64,000 bases of DNA from Mantamonas sphyraenae STR306 (lineage: Eukaryota > Protista > CRuMs). The notes below the pieces were generated by a model, which searched no databases, was not told the DNA's origin, and saw only the letters and a list, made by a program, of their open reading frames with translations. Where the stretch lies: positions 186,001 through 250,000 of the forward strand of contig JAPMXV010000025.1 of assembly GCA_026936335.1 (NCBI GenBank), read 5' to 3'. Of this stretch, positions 1 through 15,000 are shown in pieces. The position numbers were made by a program, and so were the translations under genes. The stretch's first letter is position 1; each line of letters opens with the position of its first letter.

Positions 1-3000
1 TGCCATCGCGATCAAACTTGGCCGCTGCAAAGTCGTTGCTTCCCAACGCGGTGTCAAACAGAGCACCCGCGCTGTAACCACAGGCATATACGTTGGAGTG
101 ATCGTCCACATCGATGTCATGCACCGACTCGCTTGTGGTGGTACCGTACTGGCGGCCCCACAGAAGGGTGCCCTGCGGCGAGAACTTGGCCACATACCAG
201 TCATTTCCTCCTTGGATTGTTGCATACAGAGATCCGTACGTGTTGGCTCCGACCAATAGGTTGCCCTCGTGGTCCCACGTGCTAGAGTATGCGTCTTCGT
301 TCGATCCCGTGCCAAACTGCAGCGTCCAATCGGCAGGTTTGACCGCGCTGCATCCGGTCACCGCCGTCTGCGCCGCCACCGTGTTGACTCCGTCAAACAC
401 GCGTGCGTACAGTGTGTCGTTGCCCAAGCTCGTGTCAAAGGTAATGCTCATGCCCAACCAGGCGGCCATGAGCTGTGCCGAGTTGCCCTGCATCGTCTTG
501 CTCTGCAATCCGGTGCCGTTCACGTTGCAGTTGCCACACGACACCGTCAGTTGCATGGTGCCGTAGTTTTCATAGTCGCTGATCGTCAGCGGGTAGTTGC
601 TGGTCACAAACGTCTCTGTGTTGGCCATGGTTGCAGGCATGCCCGTCACCGTGGGCGGCACGTCCACGTCCATCAGCCAGCCCATGGGGTCCCAGCTTCC
701 ACTCGCCGTGTTTCCAGGCAATGCCACGTTTGCACGTCCCGTAAAGAACACTTGGTTGTGACACGTGGACGTTGCATCCGTGAAAAAGGTTGTGCCGTAC
801 AGCGACAGCTGACGTGCAAACTGCAGCGTGCCCGTGTCTGCGTCCAGCACAAACACAGCAGCGTCGTTACCATTGCCTCCAGCTTGGTTTCCGAGTGAAA
901 CGTCACCGCCCGAGTCGCCACCCGCAGCCACAAGGCCGTTCGGAAGCGAGGAGATGGCCTGTATGTTGTCGGTCTTGTCCGTACCAACCATCCTTACCCA
1001 TGCAGTGTCACCAGTGGTCCTGTTGACCATCACCACAAAGCCATCACGGCCGCCCAGTGACGCCTGGCCTGCAAACGGGTTGCTGTCGGTGTACCCCGCA
1101 ACAGCCAAGCGGCCTCCAGGCACGAGCGTAACCTTGTATCCCTGCTCGTCGCTGGCACCACCCCACAGCCTTGTGTACTGGTGGTTGCCATCCTTGTCAT
1201 ACTTGACAAGGACCACATCGTAGCTTCCTCCGGCAAACGTTTGGCCGTTCAGCGCTCCCGTGACCCTGCCCACGCCGTACACAAATTCGTTCTCGTCCAC
1301 AACACCGTTCCAAAAGATGTCCGAGGCGCTCACTCCCAATTGGCGTTGCCACACGGTGGCACCGTCCGATGCCTTGTACTTGCCCAGATACATGTCCTCT
1401 GAACCGGCGTTGGCACCGCCAATTGTTCCCGAGGAGTACCCAAACACGTACATGTGCTCATCGTCGGGCGACATGCCCACTCCATGCAGCACTTCGTTTG
1501 CGGCCGTGCCCATCTGGCGAGTCCACACCCACTGGCCGGTCGGGCTCACCTTTCCCATCAGGAAATCGTTGCTTCCCGCATGAGCGAAACCCGGGAACGC
1601 CCCGTTGGTGTATCCAACCCAATAAATGTTGCCAGCGGCGTCTGTGGTCACCTCGTGGATGATCTCTGTGCCCGTACCACCCCTCTGGATGGTCCACGCC
1701 ACCTGCGTGCCTGTCGGATCGTACTTGCGAATGTAAATGTCCCAATTGCCAGCATTGCCCGTGGCAAGAGCTCCTGTAGTGTGCGCCGCAATGATCAGGT
1801 TGCCTTCGCGATCCACTGTGTTGGAGTATGCACGGTCGTCCGAGCTTGTGCCAAACTGAATGTAGCGCGGCTCGGGCTTGGGCAGGAAACACGAAATGAT
1901 CAACGACGAGTCACTGACCGTGTTGAAGCCATCGTTGACACTGACTGTCAGCGAGTCGTTGGCGTAGTCGTTGGAAAACACCACGCTGATGGTCGACCAG
2001 GCGCTCATCAGCTGTGCAGCCTTTCCGCGCACAACCAGCGTCGTGCTGCCCGTGCCGTTTACGTTGCAGTGTGCACACACCACCGTCATGTCCATCTCCG
2101 CGTCTTCGTAGTCTTCAATGAGAAGCGGGTATGTGGTGCCAACCTGCGCAATGCTGCTGGCAAAACTTGTCGGCAGGCCGCTGATCTGAGGCGGGGCGTT
2201 GATGTATCGCACCATAACCACCACATCTGAGCCGCCGGACGCAGCTTGGCCTTCAAATGCAGCATTGGCGAAACCGCCGAGCACAATCTGTCCGTCGCAA
2301 CCGGCGCTGGCGCCGCGGAACTCGTCCGAGGCCGTGCTGCCAAACAGCTTCGTGTCCCAAATACGGCCGTTCACATCGTACAGCACATACATGGCGTCGT
2401 CGCTACCCACAGGCGTCAGTCCGTTGATGGTGTTGCCCGCGCGACCGCCCATCACAATCAGGTTCGACGTGGTGATCGCCGTGGTCAGGAAGTAGTCGTT
2501 GCCCGAGTCAGCCTGTGCAGCCCACAGAAGGGATGCATCAGACGTGTTGAGAGCCACCGCCACAGCACCGACACCGGTGGTGGTAAAGCCGTTGAAGCCT
2601 GTTCCATGCACTTGCGCCGCCACAAACAGGTGGTCGCCGAGCACGACACACTTGCCGGCCTCATCGTATGCTGTGGAACCCAGCATCTTGGTCCACACCA
2701 GGTTGCCATCCTTGTCATACTTCACCACAAGGATGTCGTAGTTGCCAACGGCCGTCTGTCCGTTGAACGAGCCGATACCACGGCCCACGACGTACGCGTT
2801 GCTATGGGCATCGGTACACACACCGTAGCCCAAATCCGATCCCGTACCACCCGTCTGACGATGCCACACCATGTCGCCATTGCTGACCGACAGTTTGGCC
2901 ACGTACAAGTCGTTCGAGCCCTGCGGTGTGCCTGCGTAGCTGTCCGTGTAGCCGGCCAGGTACAGGTGCTGGTTGTCCGGCGTCAGAGCAACCACACCCC

Positions 3001-6000
3001 ACACGTCGCTTCCAGCGTTGCCGTACAGTCGCGTCCACACCTTGTTGCCATTCTTGTCGATCTTGATCACAAACAGATCGTTGCTGCCACTGTGGGTCTG
3101 GCCGTCAAACGCCGTGGCCGTGTATCCGCTCACGTACACGTTGTCCTGCACATCCGTGACCATGTCACGCACGTACTCTGTGCCGGCTGCGCCAGCCTGC
3201 ACCGTCCACATCTCCTGTCCGTACTTGTCAAACTTGCGAGCAAACGCATCGTAGCTGCCGCCGAAGCTCTGGCCAGGCAGTGCTGCCGCCACAGTACCCG
3301 CAACCACAATGTCCGAGTTGGTGTCGATGATCGCACCGTAGCCGTAGTCCGCTGCCGACGTGCCAAACTGCTTGGTGAAATCCGGCCCGCGCGGAGCGCA
3401 GCCAATAATGTCGGAGAAGATCGACCTCGTGGAAAAGGGATCCGACACAGTCACCACCAACGAGTCGTTGCCTCGCGTCAGGTCAAAGGTGGCACTCACT
3501 GTGGCCCACTGGCTCAACAGCGACGGGATCGTGCCCGTCATGCGCAGCGTCGTCGCACTCGTGCCGTTCAGGCTGCAGTACGCACACGACACCGTCAGGT
3601 TGAGGTGCGTGTCGTCAAAGTCGGTGATGTTCAGCGGATACTGCGCGCCCACGTGCGACTGGTTCGTAAAAATGGCCAACGGCAGGCCGCTGATCTGAGG
3701 CGGGGCGTTTGCTTCCCGCATCCATCCAAAGGCCTGGTAGCTGCCTTGGTTGGCCACTCCAGCAAAGTTGCCCGTGGTGGCGCCCGTCATGAACATCTGA
3801 CTGAAACAGTTCATGCTCGCAGAGCGCGGAATGAGCGTCCCCGTGTTGTCTGCGTACTGGAACTCGTACAGCAGCTCACCCGTAACCGGGTGCAGAAGGG
3901 CATAGTATGCGTCCTGGCCTCCGTTGGGGTTGTCCACACCTGGCAGAGTGCCGCCCACGTCGCCAAACACGCCCACGAGACCCGATGGAGCCACGGCCAC
4001 GCCCCAACCTTCGTCGGTGGTTGTTGTACCCAACATCTTGTTCCACAGCAGCGCACCCGTGCTTGCGTTGAGTGCCGCCACCATGTTGTCCTGTCCGCCA
4101 ATAAGCGGTACGCCGTTGACGGCGCCATTGACCAAACCATCGACAAACACGCGGCCGTTGTCGTACGCCACTCGGTATCCGTAGTCTGTCGTTGTCGAGC
4201 CCACCGTAGCACTCCAGATGATGGCCCCGTCTGGAGAGTACTTGACAATGCCATAATCGTAGCCTCCGTTGGTAGCCACGCCGTTGAACGGGTTGCTGGA
4301 TGTGTAACCGACCACGTAGATGTTGCCCTCGTCGTCCATCGTCAGGCCGTGTGCAACGTCATCTCCGCTGCCACCACACTGGCGCGACCACACCAAGTTG
4401 CCCGTTTCTGTGTCCACCTTGACAATCAGGAAGTCGTTGCTGCCCAGCGCCGTGTCCCCGTGGAACGATGTCGTCGTGTACCCGGCAGTGTAGACAAACT
4501 TGCCGTCAGGGGTGACCACTGCATCGGCACGGAAGTCGTCAGTGCCCGCAGAGCCGTACTGCTTCTGCCACACCACGTTGCCAGTCACATCGAACTTGAC
4601 CATAAAGGCATCCTGTCCGCCAAAGTTGGCATGGAACAGCGATCCCGATGTCGATCCACCCACATACATGTTACCCAACGAGTCGGTGTCGATGCTGTAC
4701 CCATAGTCGGTGGAGGTCGTGCCAAACTGTGTCTGCCACAGGGTGACGCCGTTGCGGTCCATCTTGCGCACGTACGCATCCCAATCACCAATGGCCGATC
4801 CAGCCAGCGCCCCACTGGTCGAAGACGCAATGTACAGGTTGTTCTGCCTGTCCACATTCGATCCCCAAGCGCGGTCGTCCGCACTGGTTTGCAAAATGAC
4901 TGCATCCAGGGTGGAGCGCGGACCCAAGCACGCCACAACGGACACGTGCACGCGAGCGGTCGTAAACCCGTCGTTCAGCGACACCGACAGGGTGTCGTTG
5001 TCACGTGTTGCGTCCAGAGTAAACGTCAGCGTCTTCCACAACGCCATGAGCTGCGCGGGAGTGCCACTGGTTTGCAGCAACACCCCGGTGCCGTTCACGT
5101 TGCAGTACGCACAGGACACGTTCATGCTGAGCACAGACGTGTCCACGTCGACGATGGTCAGCGGCGAGGCAGCCGCGTTCCAGGATCCCATCGACGCTTC
5201 GATCTTGTTCGGCAGGCCGGACACCTCAGGCGGCGCATTTGCGTCGGCCACCCACACAAACAGGTCGTAACTACCCTGGTTGGTGTACCCATCGGGCCAC
5301 GAGCTGCCAGAGCCACCCGAGATAACCACCTGGTCGTGGCAGTTGCACACCGCGTGACGCGGGTAGTCGTCGCCAGCAAGCGCCTGCTGCACATACTTCA
5401 GCACACGTCCCGTGGTCGCTTCGATCAGCGCGTAAAACACGTCGTTGGACGTACCGTAGTCGTTGTACGGCGTGTAGCCCTGCGTGAGACCAGCAGCCAC
5501 AAGCACACCGTCAGACGTGACGGCCACGCCGTGCGAGTAGTCCAGGGCATGGGTGCCAAACACGTTGTTCCACAGCAGGTCACCCGTGGTGGCGTTGTAG
5601 GCCACGACGGCTGCATCCTGCCCACCGATACGCTGCACGCCGTTGACGTCGCTGTTCACGTATCCGTCCACGAACACCATGCCCTTGTGGTAGGTCATGC
5701 GATGCACAACATCCGATCCGGCGCCACCAAACATACGTGTCCACACCACGTTTCCGTCGCGGTCAAACTTGATGGTCAAAAAGTCGTTGCTGCCTGCGTA
5801 CGGCTGGCCATTCACGCTGGCCGTCGTGTAACCGGACATGTACACGTTGCCGTGCTCATCCAAAGCGGCGCCGCGCATCCAATCATCCGCAGCACCGCCA
5901 CCCTGAGCACCCATCACAAACGCACAATCGCTGGTGGTGTACTTGACCCACACGAAATCGTGGCTTCCGTACCCCGTGCGCCCAGTCCACGTGGTGCTTG

Positions 6001-9000
6001 CCGACAGACCCACGGCGTAGAAATGCTTTCCATCAGGGTCAATGAGCAGTGCACGAAGGTCGTCGCTTCCAGTGGAGCCCACCTGCTTCGCCCACAGCTG
6101 GTTTCCGTTCTTGTCGAGTTTGATCAGGAAGCCGTCGTTTCCGCCCAGATGTGTGCCGACCAAGGTCGTCGTCGTGGTACCGCCAAGGTACACATTCTCG
6201 TCCAGGTCCACCACCACACTGTACACGTGTTCGGTGCCTGCCGAGCCCCACTGCTTGGTCCACAGCGCGTTGCCAAGATAATCCATCTTGCGCGCATACG
6301 CGTCCCAACCACCGGCGTTGGCGGAACCGAGCGAACCCGTCGTGGTCGATCCCACGTAAATGTTGCCAAACCTGTCCACCGTCACACTTTCACCGTTGTC
6401 GTTGCCAGAGCCACCATAGTGAGCTACGCGCTGCACACGCGGGTACGTGCACGCCTCCACCTGACGGCGCGAGCTGGTCGTGTGCGATGCGTCTGCCGCC
6501 GTCCATGTCACCGTGTCGTTGGCATACGAGGCGTCAAAGGTCACGCTCATGGTAAGCCAAGCGGCGTTGAGCTCCGCTGCGCGTCCGCTCAGAGTCACCG
6601 ACGGCGTCCCCGTACCGTTCACATTGCAACGGGTGCACGACACAGTAAACTGGATCACGTCGTCTTCGTAGTCATGAATCGTCAGCGGCTGCTGGGAGCC
6701 ATACAGCGGTGTGGAGGCGAGAACACGTGCAGGCAGATTTGTAAAGGTCGGCGCCTGGTTGGCGTTGACCACCCACACACCGGCGTCCTGACCACCCGCA
6801 CTTGTGTATCCAGGCAAGTTGCTGTTGATGTTCACACCTACAATCACCTGGCTGTAGCAATTCATGGCCAGGCCACGCGGTGTCATTCCTGTCGACGAGG
6901 CGTACACCTCGGTGCTCAGCAGCGTGCCGTTCTGCGCATGCGCCAGCACAACGACGTCGGTCGAACCGCCGTACAGGTGTCCGGGCCAGGCGCCAGTGGT
7001 GTCGACCATGGTGACAATCATACCGTTTGCAGCCACTGCAATGCCGTGGCCGAAATCTCCGGACGTGGATCCTGCCATGGCAGCCCACTCTACATCGCCG
7101 TTGCTCGACCAAAGCGACACCAGTGCAAAGTCGTTGGAGCCCACCAGAGTCTGGCCGTACGCTGCGGCGCTGAAGTAACCCGTCACGTAGACGCGTCCGT
7201 GGCGTGCAGCACATTTGTATGCCACATCGCTCCCGGTGCTGCCCACAAACTTGGTCCACTGCCGCGTGCCCTCCGAGTTGTACTTGACGATGAAAAAGTC
7301 GTTGCTACCAATCAGAGTTGCGCCTTGGAACGCAGTCGGCGAGTAGCCCACAAGGAAAACGTCGCCGGTGGTCTCGTCCACACAAACGTGAAGACCCACG
7401 TCAGAGCCCGTGCCACCCGCCATGACACCCCATGCCGTCGCACCGGTCGTCACATGCAGCTTGGCCACAAAGCCATCGTTGCTGCCTGCGTTGGCACCCA
7501 TCAGCGCGCCACCTGTGTAGCCTCCAATGTACACAAACGCCTCATCGGGCGACATTGCCATGCCGCGACAGTAGTCTGCAGCCGTGGTTCCGATCTGCCT
7601 GCCCCACACCAGGGTGCCGCTGGGGTCGATCTTGGCAACCACGACGTCGGTTGAGCCGTATGCAGATTGACCAAACAAAGCGGCAGCGTTTGTGTAGCCA
7701 CACACGTATGCGTAACCGTCGCTGTCCACCACCATGGCCTGCAAGCGATCGTCTCCCGATGTTCCTTTCTGCCACGTCCACAGACGGTTGCCCTGCGGGT
7801 CCATCTTGGTCAACGTTACATCAGCGCTACCCGCCGCGGCGCCACCCAGTGACCCCGTGCTGTAGCCCGCAGCGAACATGTTGCCGCGAACGTCAATGGC
7901 TTCCTCTTCCACCTGTTCCGTACCCGCGGTGCCAAACAAGTGGAAGCCCTCGACGTTGCGAGGAGCGTTGCATGCCAACACAGGCACATACTCCGTTGCC
8001 GTGCGCGCGCCGTCGTACACGGCCACCGTCAGCGTGTCGTTGCTGTAGGCGCTGTCAAACGCCACGGAAATCGTGCTCCATGCCGCGCTAACAACCGCAC
8101 CGGAGCCCTGGACTTGTACGCTGTTGCTTCCGGTGCCGTTCAGTGCACAATGGGCACATGACACCGTCATCGTCAGCGTGGCGTTCTCGTAATCGACCAC
8201 TGTAATCGGGAGGGCCGACAGGCTGGTCACATTGGGAGCGTACAGGCTGACAGGCAGACCAGAGATGGTGGGCAGCATGTTGGCCCACGGAAGCCACATC
8301 AGCACATCGTCATTGCCACCAGCTGGCGTGAGGCCATCCACAGCCGCCGACGCCGGCGTCGTAATCACCATCTGGCCATAGCAATTCATCGCTTGCCCCT
8401 TGTTGTCGAGCGACGCTGGCGTCGTCAGCTGCTCCACCTTCAGCAACGTGCCGTCGGCGCTAAGCACCGCCAGTGCAAGATCCTCCGAACCACCGTATGT
8501 GTAGCCAGGGAAGCTACCCGTAGTGCGCAGTGATACGGCCACAGTCCCCCATGGCGTCACATCGACGGGCCCGTAGTGAACATCCTCGCCGCTCGTGCCC
8601 ACAAGCCTGACCCACTCCACGTCGCCTGTGCTCGTCCACAGAGACACCACACTGACGTCGTACACACCTCCCGCGCGTACTTGTCCAAACGCATCGCCTC
8701 CAAAATGACCGGCCAAGTACAATCGGCCATTGTTCATCCCGCAGCCGTGTGCGTAATCGTTGCCACCGCTTCCCACATTCTTCGTCCACTGATGGGAACC
8801 GGCCGCATTGAACTTGACTGCAAAGTAATCGGAAGCGCCTGCACTCGAAGCGCCGTCAAACACTCCACTCGTGTCGCCCACCACGTACACGTTGCCCTCT
8901 GTGTCTGTGCACACACCGCGTCCTACGTCGGAACCTGCAGCGCCCCTTTGACTGGCCCACTGCTGCGCGCCGTTTGAGGTTGCACGTGCGGTCACAAACA

Positions 9001-12000
9001 TGTCGTTGCTGCCACCCGACGCGCCGTACAGCGCCCCAGTGGTGTATCCAGAAACGTACACGGTCTTTTCATCCGGCGACAGAGCGACGCGTGTGGCGAT
9101 ATCGCTGGCCGTGGAACCAAACATGGCTCCCCACACCAGAGTGCCATTCTTGGCCAGCTTGACAACCCAGCCGTCGTTCGATCCCTGGTTGGTGCCCGAG
9201 AACGCGCCGATGGTTCCTGCGCTGTACCCACAAGCGTACACGTTGCCAATCGAGTCGACCACCACACCTCCAAAGGGGATGTCTGAACTCGTGCCACCCA
9301 CTTGCCATGTCCACAGCACATTGCCCTTGGGATCCATCTTGCGCACAAAAATGTCGTCGCCACCTGCGTTGCTCCCACCCAGGTTGCCTGTCGTGTAGCC
9401 CGCAACATACATGTTACCCTGCGCATCCACCGCCACTCCCTCCGGGTAGTCCTGCGCGCCCTCGCCAAACATGAGCAGAGACGACGATGTGCTCTCAAAG
9501 GTGCACGACTTGACACCCACCACATTCGTCACTGTGTTCAGGCCATCGTACACCGTCACCGTCAACGTATCGTTGCTGTACGCAGCGTTGAACAAAATCG
9601 AAATGGTGTTCCACGCTGCGCTCAGAGCCGCACGCGTGCCCTGCACCTGCAGTGTGTTGCCACCGGTGCCGTTCACCACACAATGAGCACATGACACCGT
9701 CAAGGTCAACTCGGTGTACCCGTGGTCAATCACTGTGATCGGGTAGTTCGACAGCAGCGTGACACCTGCTCCCGCATCCAACGACACAGGCACACCCGTG
9801 ATCGAAAGCGGGACCTTGATGTCAAGCATGGCCACCACTACATCGTTCGTACCGCCCAGATAGCTGTTGGATCCATATCCAGTGGTCACCCGCATGGCCT
9901 GCACGAGGCGGTCGTGGCAATTGATGCTGGCGCGGCGCGCAACGTTGTCACCGGGTTGCGAGTTCTGCTCAACATACAACAGTTCGCCCTGGGCCGTAAA
10001 TACGGCGGCAAACGTGTCATACGTCCCCTGCAGCGTGTATCCACTGAGACTGCCACCCACCGTACCACTCACGATGATTCGCCCGATCGAGGTCACCACC
10101 ACGGAGTACCCATCATCTGCCCCAGTTGTGCCCACAGTGCGCGTCCACAGCGTATCGCCAGTCGTCGTATTCAGCGCCATCACGAACGCGTCTGTGCTGC
10201 CCATATTCGGCTGGCCGTTCAGCGCGCCAGCTGTGCTGCCGACAATGAACAGCATGCCGTTGTGAACTGTGGCGTCGTGCGTGAGCTCTGCGGATGTCGT
10301 GCCCACCTGGCGAGTCCACACAACGTTGCCGTCCTTGTCAAACTTGAGGGCAAGGACATCTGTCGACCCATTGTTGGCTTGTCCGTTCACCTCCGCCCCG
10401 GCCCATCCAGCAAGATACACGTTGTCCATCGCATCCACGCCAACGCCCCAGGCCTGGTCGTCACCGCTTCCTCCCACCTGCTTGTACCATGCAACCGTGC
10501 CGTTGCTGGTGTGCACTTTAGCCAAACCCGCGTCGTCTGATCCTGCATTGGTGCCTCCAAGGTTGCCCGTAGTGCGGTACCCTATGTACAGCGACTGCTC
10601 GTCGTTGCTCAACTCGCATGCGTACGTTCGTTCATCACCTGAGCTTCCGTACTGCTTCGACCACACAACATTCCCATCGCTTGTCATCTTCACGATGGTA
10701 AGGTCAAATCCACCGGCAGAGGTGCCAAACAGCGACCCGGCACTGAAACCGCAAAAGTACACATTGCCCTGTGTGTCAACGGTCACAGCGGTACCCCACT
10801 CTATCGCAGACGTACCGAACTGCTTCTGCCACAGCGTGGTGCCGTTGTGTGCTAGCTTGACGAACCACTGGTCAACAGCGCCGGCGTTGGCCGCCGCCAC
10901 ACTGCCATACGTGGATCCAACCGAGTACACGTCGCCCATCGCGCTCACCGCAGTGCCATAACTGCGATCATCACCCGAGCCACCAAGCTGGGCGTCCCAC
11001 GTAGTTGCTGGTGTGTCACTGCACGCGTACACCTTTGTCGTTGCGCTCACCGTCCAGCGGCTGTCGTACACGGTCACCACCAGTGTGTCTGCGCCCGGAA
11101 ACGTTGCCGACAATGTGCTCCACGCAGCCTGCAGCTGTGAAGGCGTACCTGTCGTCATCCACACAGTGCTGTTGCTGACAGACAGCGCACACTGAGTGCA
11201 CGTCACCGTCATGTTCAGCACGCGATTCTCTGGATCGACAATGCTCAGCGGGTAAAGCGACCCCATGGCATACTGACCGGGGCTCACACCCGCGGGCAAT
11301 CCGCTTACTGTGTGGCGTCCGTTGATGTCAAACGTCCACACCATGGAGTCCGTGCCACCGCCATTCGTTGTGCCTGTCCACGTGGTGGACGCGGACAAGC
11401 CCGAAATCACCGCCTGATGATGGCAGTTTGTGTCGATGGCACGCGGCGTGTCCAGTCCAGACCCGCCCAGCTGTTCGCGATACTGCATGTTGCCGCTGAG
11501 GTCGTACACTGTGTAAAACAGGTCCGTACTGCCTGCGTTGGTGAACCCGGCAAAGCTGCCGGTCGTTTCGCCTGCGCTCACAACCATGCCAGCAGGTGTC
11601 ACACCCACCGCGTGGCCGGTTTCGCTGCCACTCGTGCCCTCCATTCGCGTCCACAGCGTGTTGCCAGTCGCCATATCCACGGCCACAAGGAGCAAGTCTT
11701 GGCCGCCTGCGCTCGTCTGGCCGTTCACTGTCCCGCTTGCATACCCTTGGCCCAACGCAACGCCGTGCGACACAGTGCCACGGTAGTAAAAGTCGTTGGA
11801 GGCACCGCCTGCGCTGGCAGTCCATCCCAGGGTGCCGTTTGCATGGAACTGCATCATCAGACCGTCTTGTCCGCCTGCGTGTGGTGCTCCGTTTGTCACT
11901 GCGTTGGTGACACCAAACACCACCACGTCGTCGTCGGCACCCACGCCGATTCCACGGCCGTTCTCCGTACCGCTGCCTCCACCCTGTGCGATCCAAACCG

Positions 12001-15000
12001 TTGAGCCGTCGCTCGCAGACAGTTTGGCCACAAACATGTCCGCGCCACCGCCACTGGCCGCTCCCATGGTTCCCAATGTTGTGCCTGCCACGTACACAAA
12101 CGATTCGTTGGAACTCAGCGCCACTCCGTATCCATCTTCGCCCGCAGATGTACCAAGTTGCACCTTCCAAATCTCACTGCCGTCCGTGCCATTCAGCTTG
12201 ACCACAAACGCGTCGCCGCCACCCAAGGCAGGCCCAAACACTCCGCCGCTTACGCTGCCACACACATACACGTCGCCACGCACGTCCATGGCCGCGTCAC
12301 GACCAAAGTCGCTACCACCTGCTCCCTTTTGGTAGCCCCACGCAAAGGAACCGTTCTTGTACAACTTGTACGCAATGACGTCCCAACCGCCACCGTTTGT
12401 GGCAAACAGGCTTGCATCGGTAAACCCGGCCACGGCCACATCGCCATTGGCACCCACAGCCACGGCGTGGCCGCGGTCGTCACCAGCACCGCCGACCATG
12501 TTGAACTCAAAGCCCACCCTCGAGTCTGCGAAGCAGTGTGACAGGGCAATGGCCTTTGTGGTTGTGTGCGAGCTGTCCTGCACCACAATGGACATGGATG
12601 TCGTCGACGAGTCCACACTGGTCACCAGGCTTGCCCAGAAGCTGTTCAGTTGGGCGGCTGTGCCCGTCACTCCCACGCTGCTGCTGCCCGTGCCGTTGAT
12701 GTTGCATCGGAGGCACGACACTGTCATCCTCAGCGTAATCGAGTCCACATCGGACACCGTGATGGCGTGCTCGCCGTGTACAAATGTGTCCGCGTTCAGA
12801 CTCGCCGACGCCGGTGCTGTCACCGTCGGTGCAAGACCAAAATCGGTGAGAAGCATGGCAGCCGGGTCGGTTCCACCTGCGTTGGTGTTTCCTGCGCCAA
12901 GGACGCCATCGGTGCGGCCCACAATCACAATTTGCCCCTGGCAGTTTGTGTCCATCGAGTACCAGTAGCTGGGACCCGGCGTGGCCTCACCACGCTGTTC
13001 CGTCCACAGCACATTGCCCGACGCGTCGTACGCTCGCAAAAACAGGTCCGGTGCAGTTTGCACCGTCGCTGCAAGATTGCCATCCGTGTAACCGCCCAGG
13101 ACAATGGTGCCCGTGGGAAGCACAGTGATGGCATGTCCCAACTCGCTGGCGGTCGTACCAACGAGTCGCAGCCACTGCAGCGCACCCGTGCTCTTTTCCA
13201 GTGCAAACACCATGCCATCGTTGCCGCCTGCGTTGTTCTGACCCTCAATCGTGGTCGAGGTCGTGTAGCCGGCCACATACACGTGCGACGACGTTGCGTG
13301 GCAACGGAATGCCTGCTCGGTGCCCGTGTCGCCCACAAACTTGGTCCACAGCCACGTCCCATTCAATGCGTACGCAACCACGCCCACATCGGAACCGGCG
13401 GACAGTGTCTGGCCGTCAAACGAACTTGACACAATCGCAATGGAGTAAATGGTGTTGTCTGGGCCCATGCACATCCCACGTGCCACGTCCGAACCCGTGC
13501 CACCGCGTTGGTCCACCCACACCGTGTTGCCATCGGTGGCGTTGACCGCGAGGACGACCACGTCGTTTGATCCTGCACTCGTGCCGCCCATGTTTCCGTC
13601 TGAGGCGCCAGTCAAAACCACGTACTGGCCGCTGCTGTCCACTGCCACCTGCTGGGCATTGTCGGTGCCCGAAGTGCCGTACTGCTTTGTCCACACGTGG
13701 TTGCCGTTGCGATCCAGCTTCACCAGCAGGAAAGACGATGTCCCAACGGCTGCGACGCCGTTCACCGTTCCTTCCGCGTTTCCAGAAGCATACACGTTGC
13801 CCTCGGCATCGGTATCCACACCACGGAACTGGTCGTTGCCCGTCGATCCAGTTTGATACGACCACGCAACCGTGCCATTCGGGTGCAGCTTCACCACGTA
13901 CGCATCTTGTGCTCCGACGTGTGTCCCGCCCAGCAACGAGGCGGACGTGTAACCAACGTACAGCACATCACCAAACGCATCAAAGGCGGTCGAGTAAGCC
14001 CACTCGGCGCTCGATGCCGTGCCAATCTGCGCCGTAAAGGCAACGCCTGGCGTGCATCGCGCCGCCACAGTCACTGTGTACTGCGCTGTCGTGTATCCGT
14101 TGTCCACCGTCACTGTGACCACATGGTCACTCTTGCCTCCCTTGGGTGTGATCGTCACCGCCTGCCACGCGGTGGCCAGCTGTGCTGCGCTGCCTGAAAT
14201 GGTCGATGGTGCGACCGCAGCGCATGTGGCACACGTGATCGTGATGGAGCCTTGGTTGCCCAGAGCAAGGTTTACGCTGATCGGGTACGCCAGTCCAAGC
14301 GCATATGGCGTGTCCCAGGTGGCTCCCGAGGTCACCGTTGCAGTTGGCAATCCGCTGAGAGTGGGTCCATCCACAGTGAACGCGTACACATACGCATCAC
14401 GCCCGCCACCATTCGTGTTGCCAGGCATGGCACCGTATGTCAGACCACTGATCAGCACCTGGCCACGGCAGTTGGCATCCGCGTTGCGCACAATATCCTC
14501 CGAAGTCGTGCCGTACTGCACATACTTTTGCACATCACCCGCGCTGTTGTACACTGCGTACCCGGCGTCGCCTCCTCCCAATTCGGATTGGCCAGGAAGA
14601 ACCGTGCCTGCTGCAAGATCCATTGCCACCACAAAGCTGTTGCCAGCCGTGATCGCGGCGCCCCACGCCAGGTCGTTTCCTCCGCCGCCGGCCACACGTG
14701 CCCACATCACGTCTCCTGTGCTCGCGTTCACCGCAAGCGCCGTTGCGTCGTAGGCCCCGTTTGTGGTCTGGCCGTAAAAAGTACCTGCGTTGGTGCGTCC
14801 CGCAAGCAGCAACGAGCTGCCGTCGTCACTCACGGCCGCCCGGTACAGGTAGTCGTTGCCCGTTGTGCCGTACAGACGCGTCCACACTTTGTTGCCTTCG
14901 CTGTCGTACTTGATCACCAGTCCGTCGGCGCCGCCCTGGTTCGTCTGGCCGTCAAAGCCGCCCGTCGTGTAGCTGACGATGTACAGATTGTCTGCACCGT

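Noticed and set aside
2246-7654. 1802-aa plus-strand ORF and the other long plus-strand ORFs in 1-22 kb
   Set aside because: Codon-aligned antisense shadows of the giant minus-strand gene; H/R/V-rich with no motifs.
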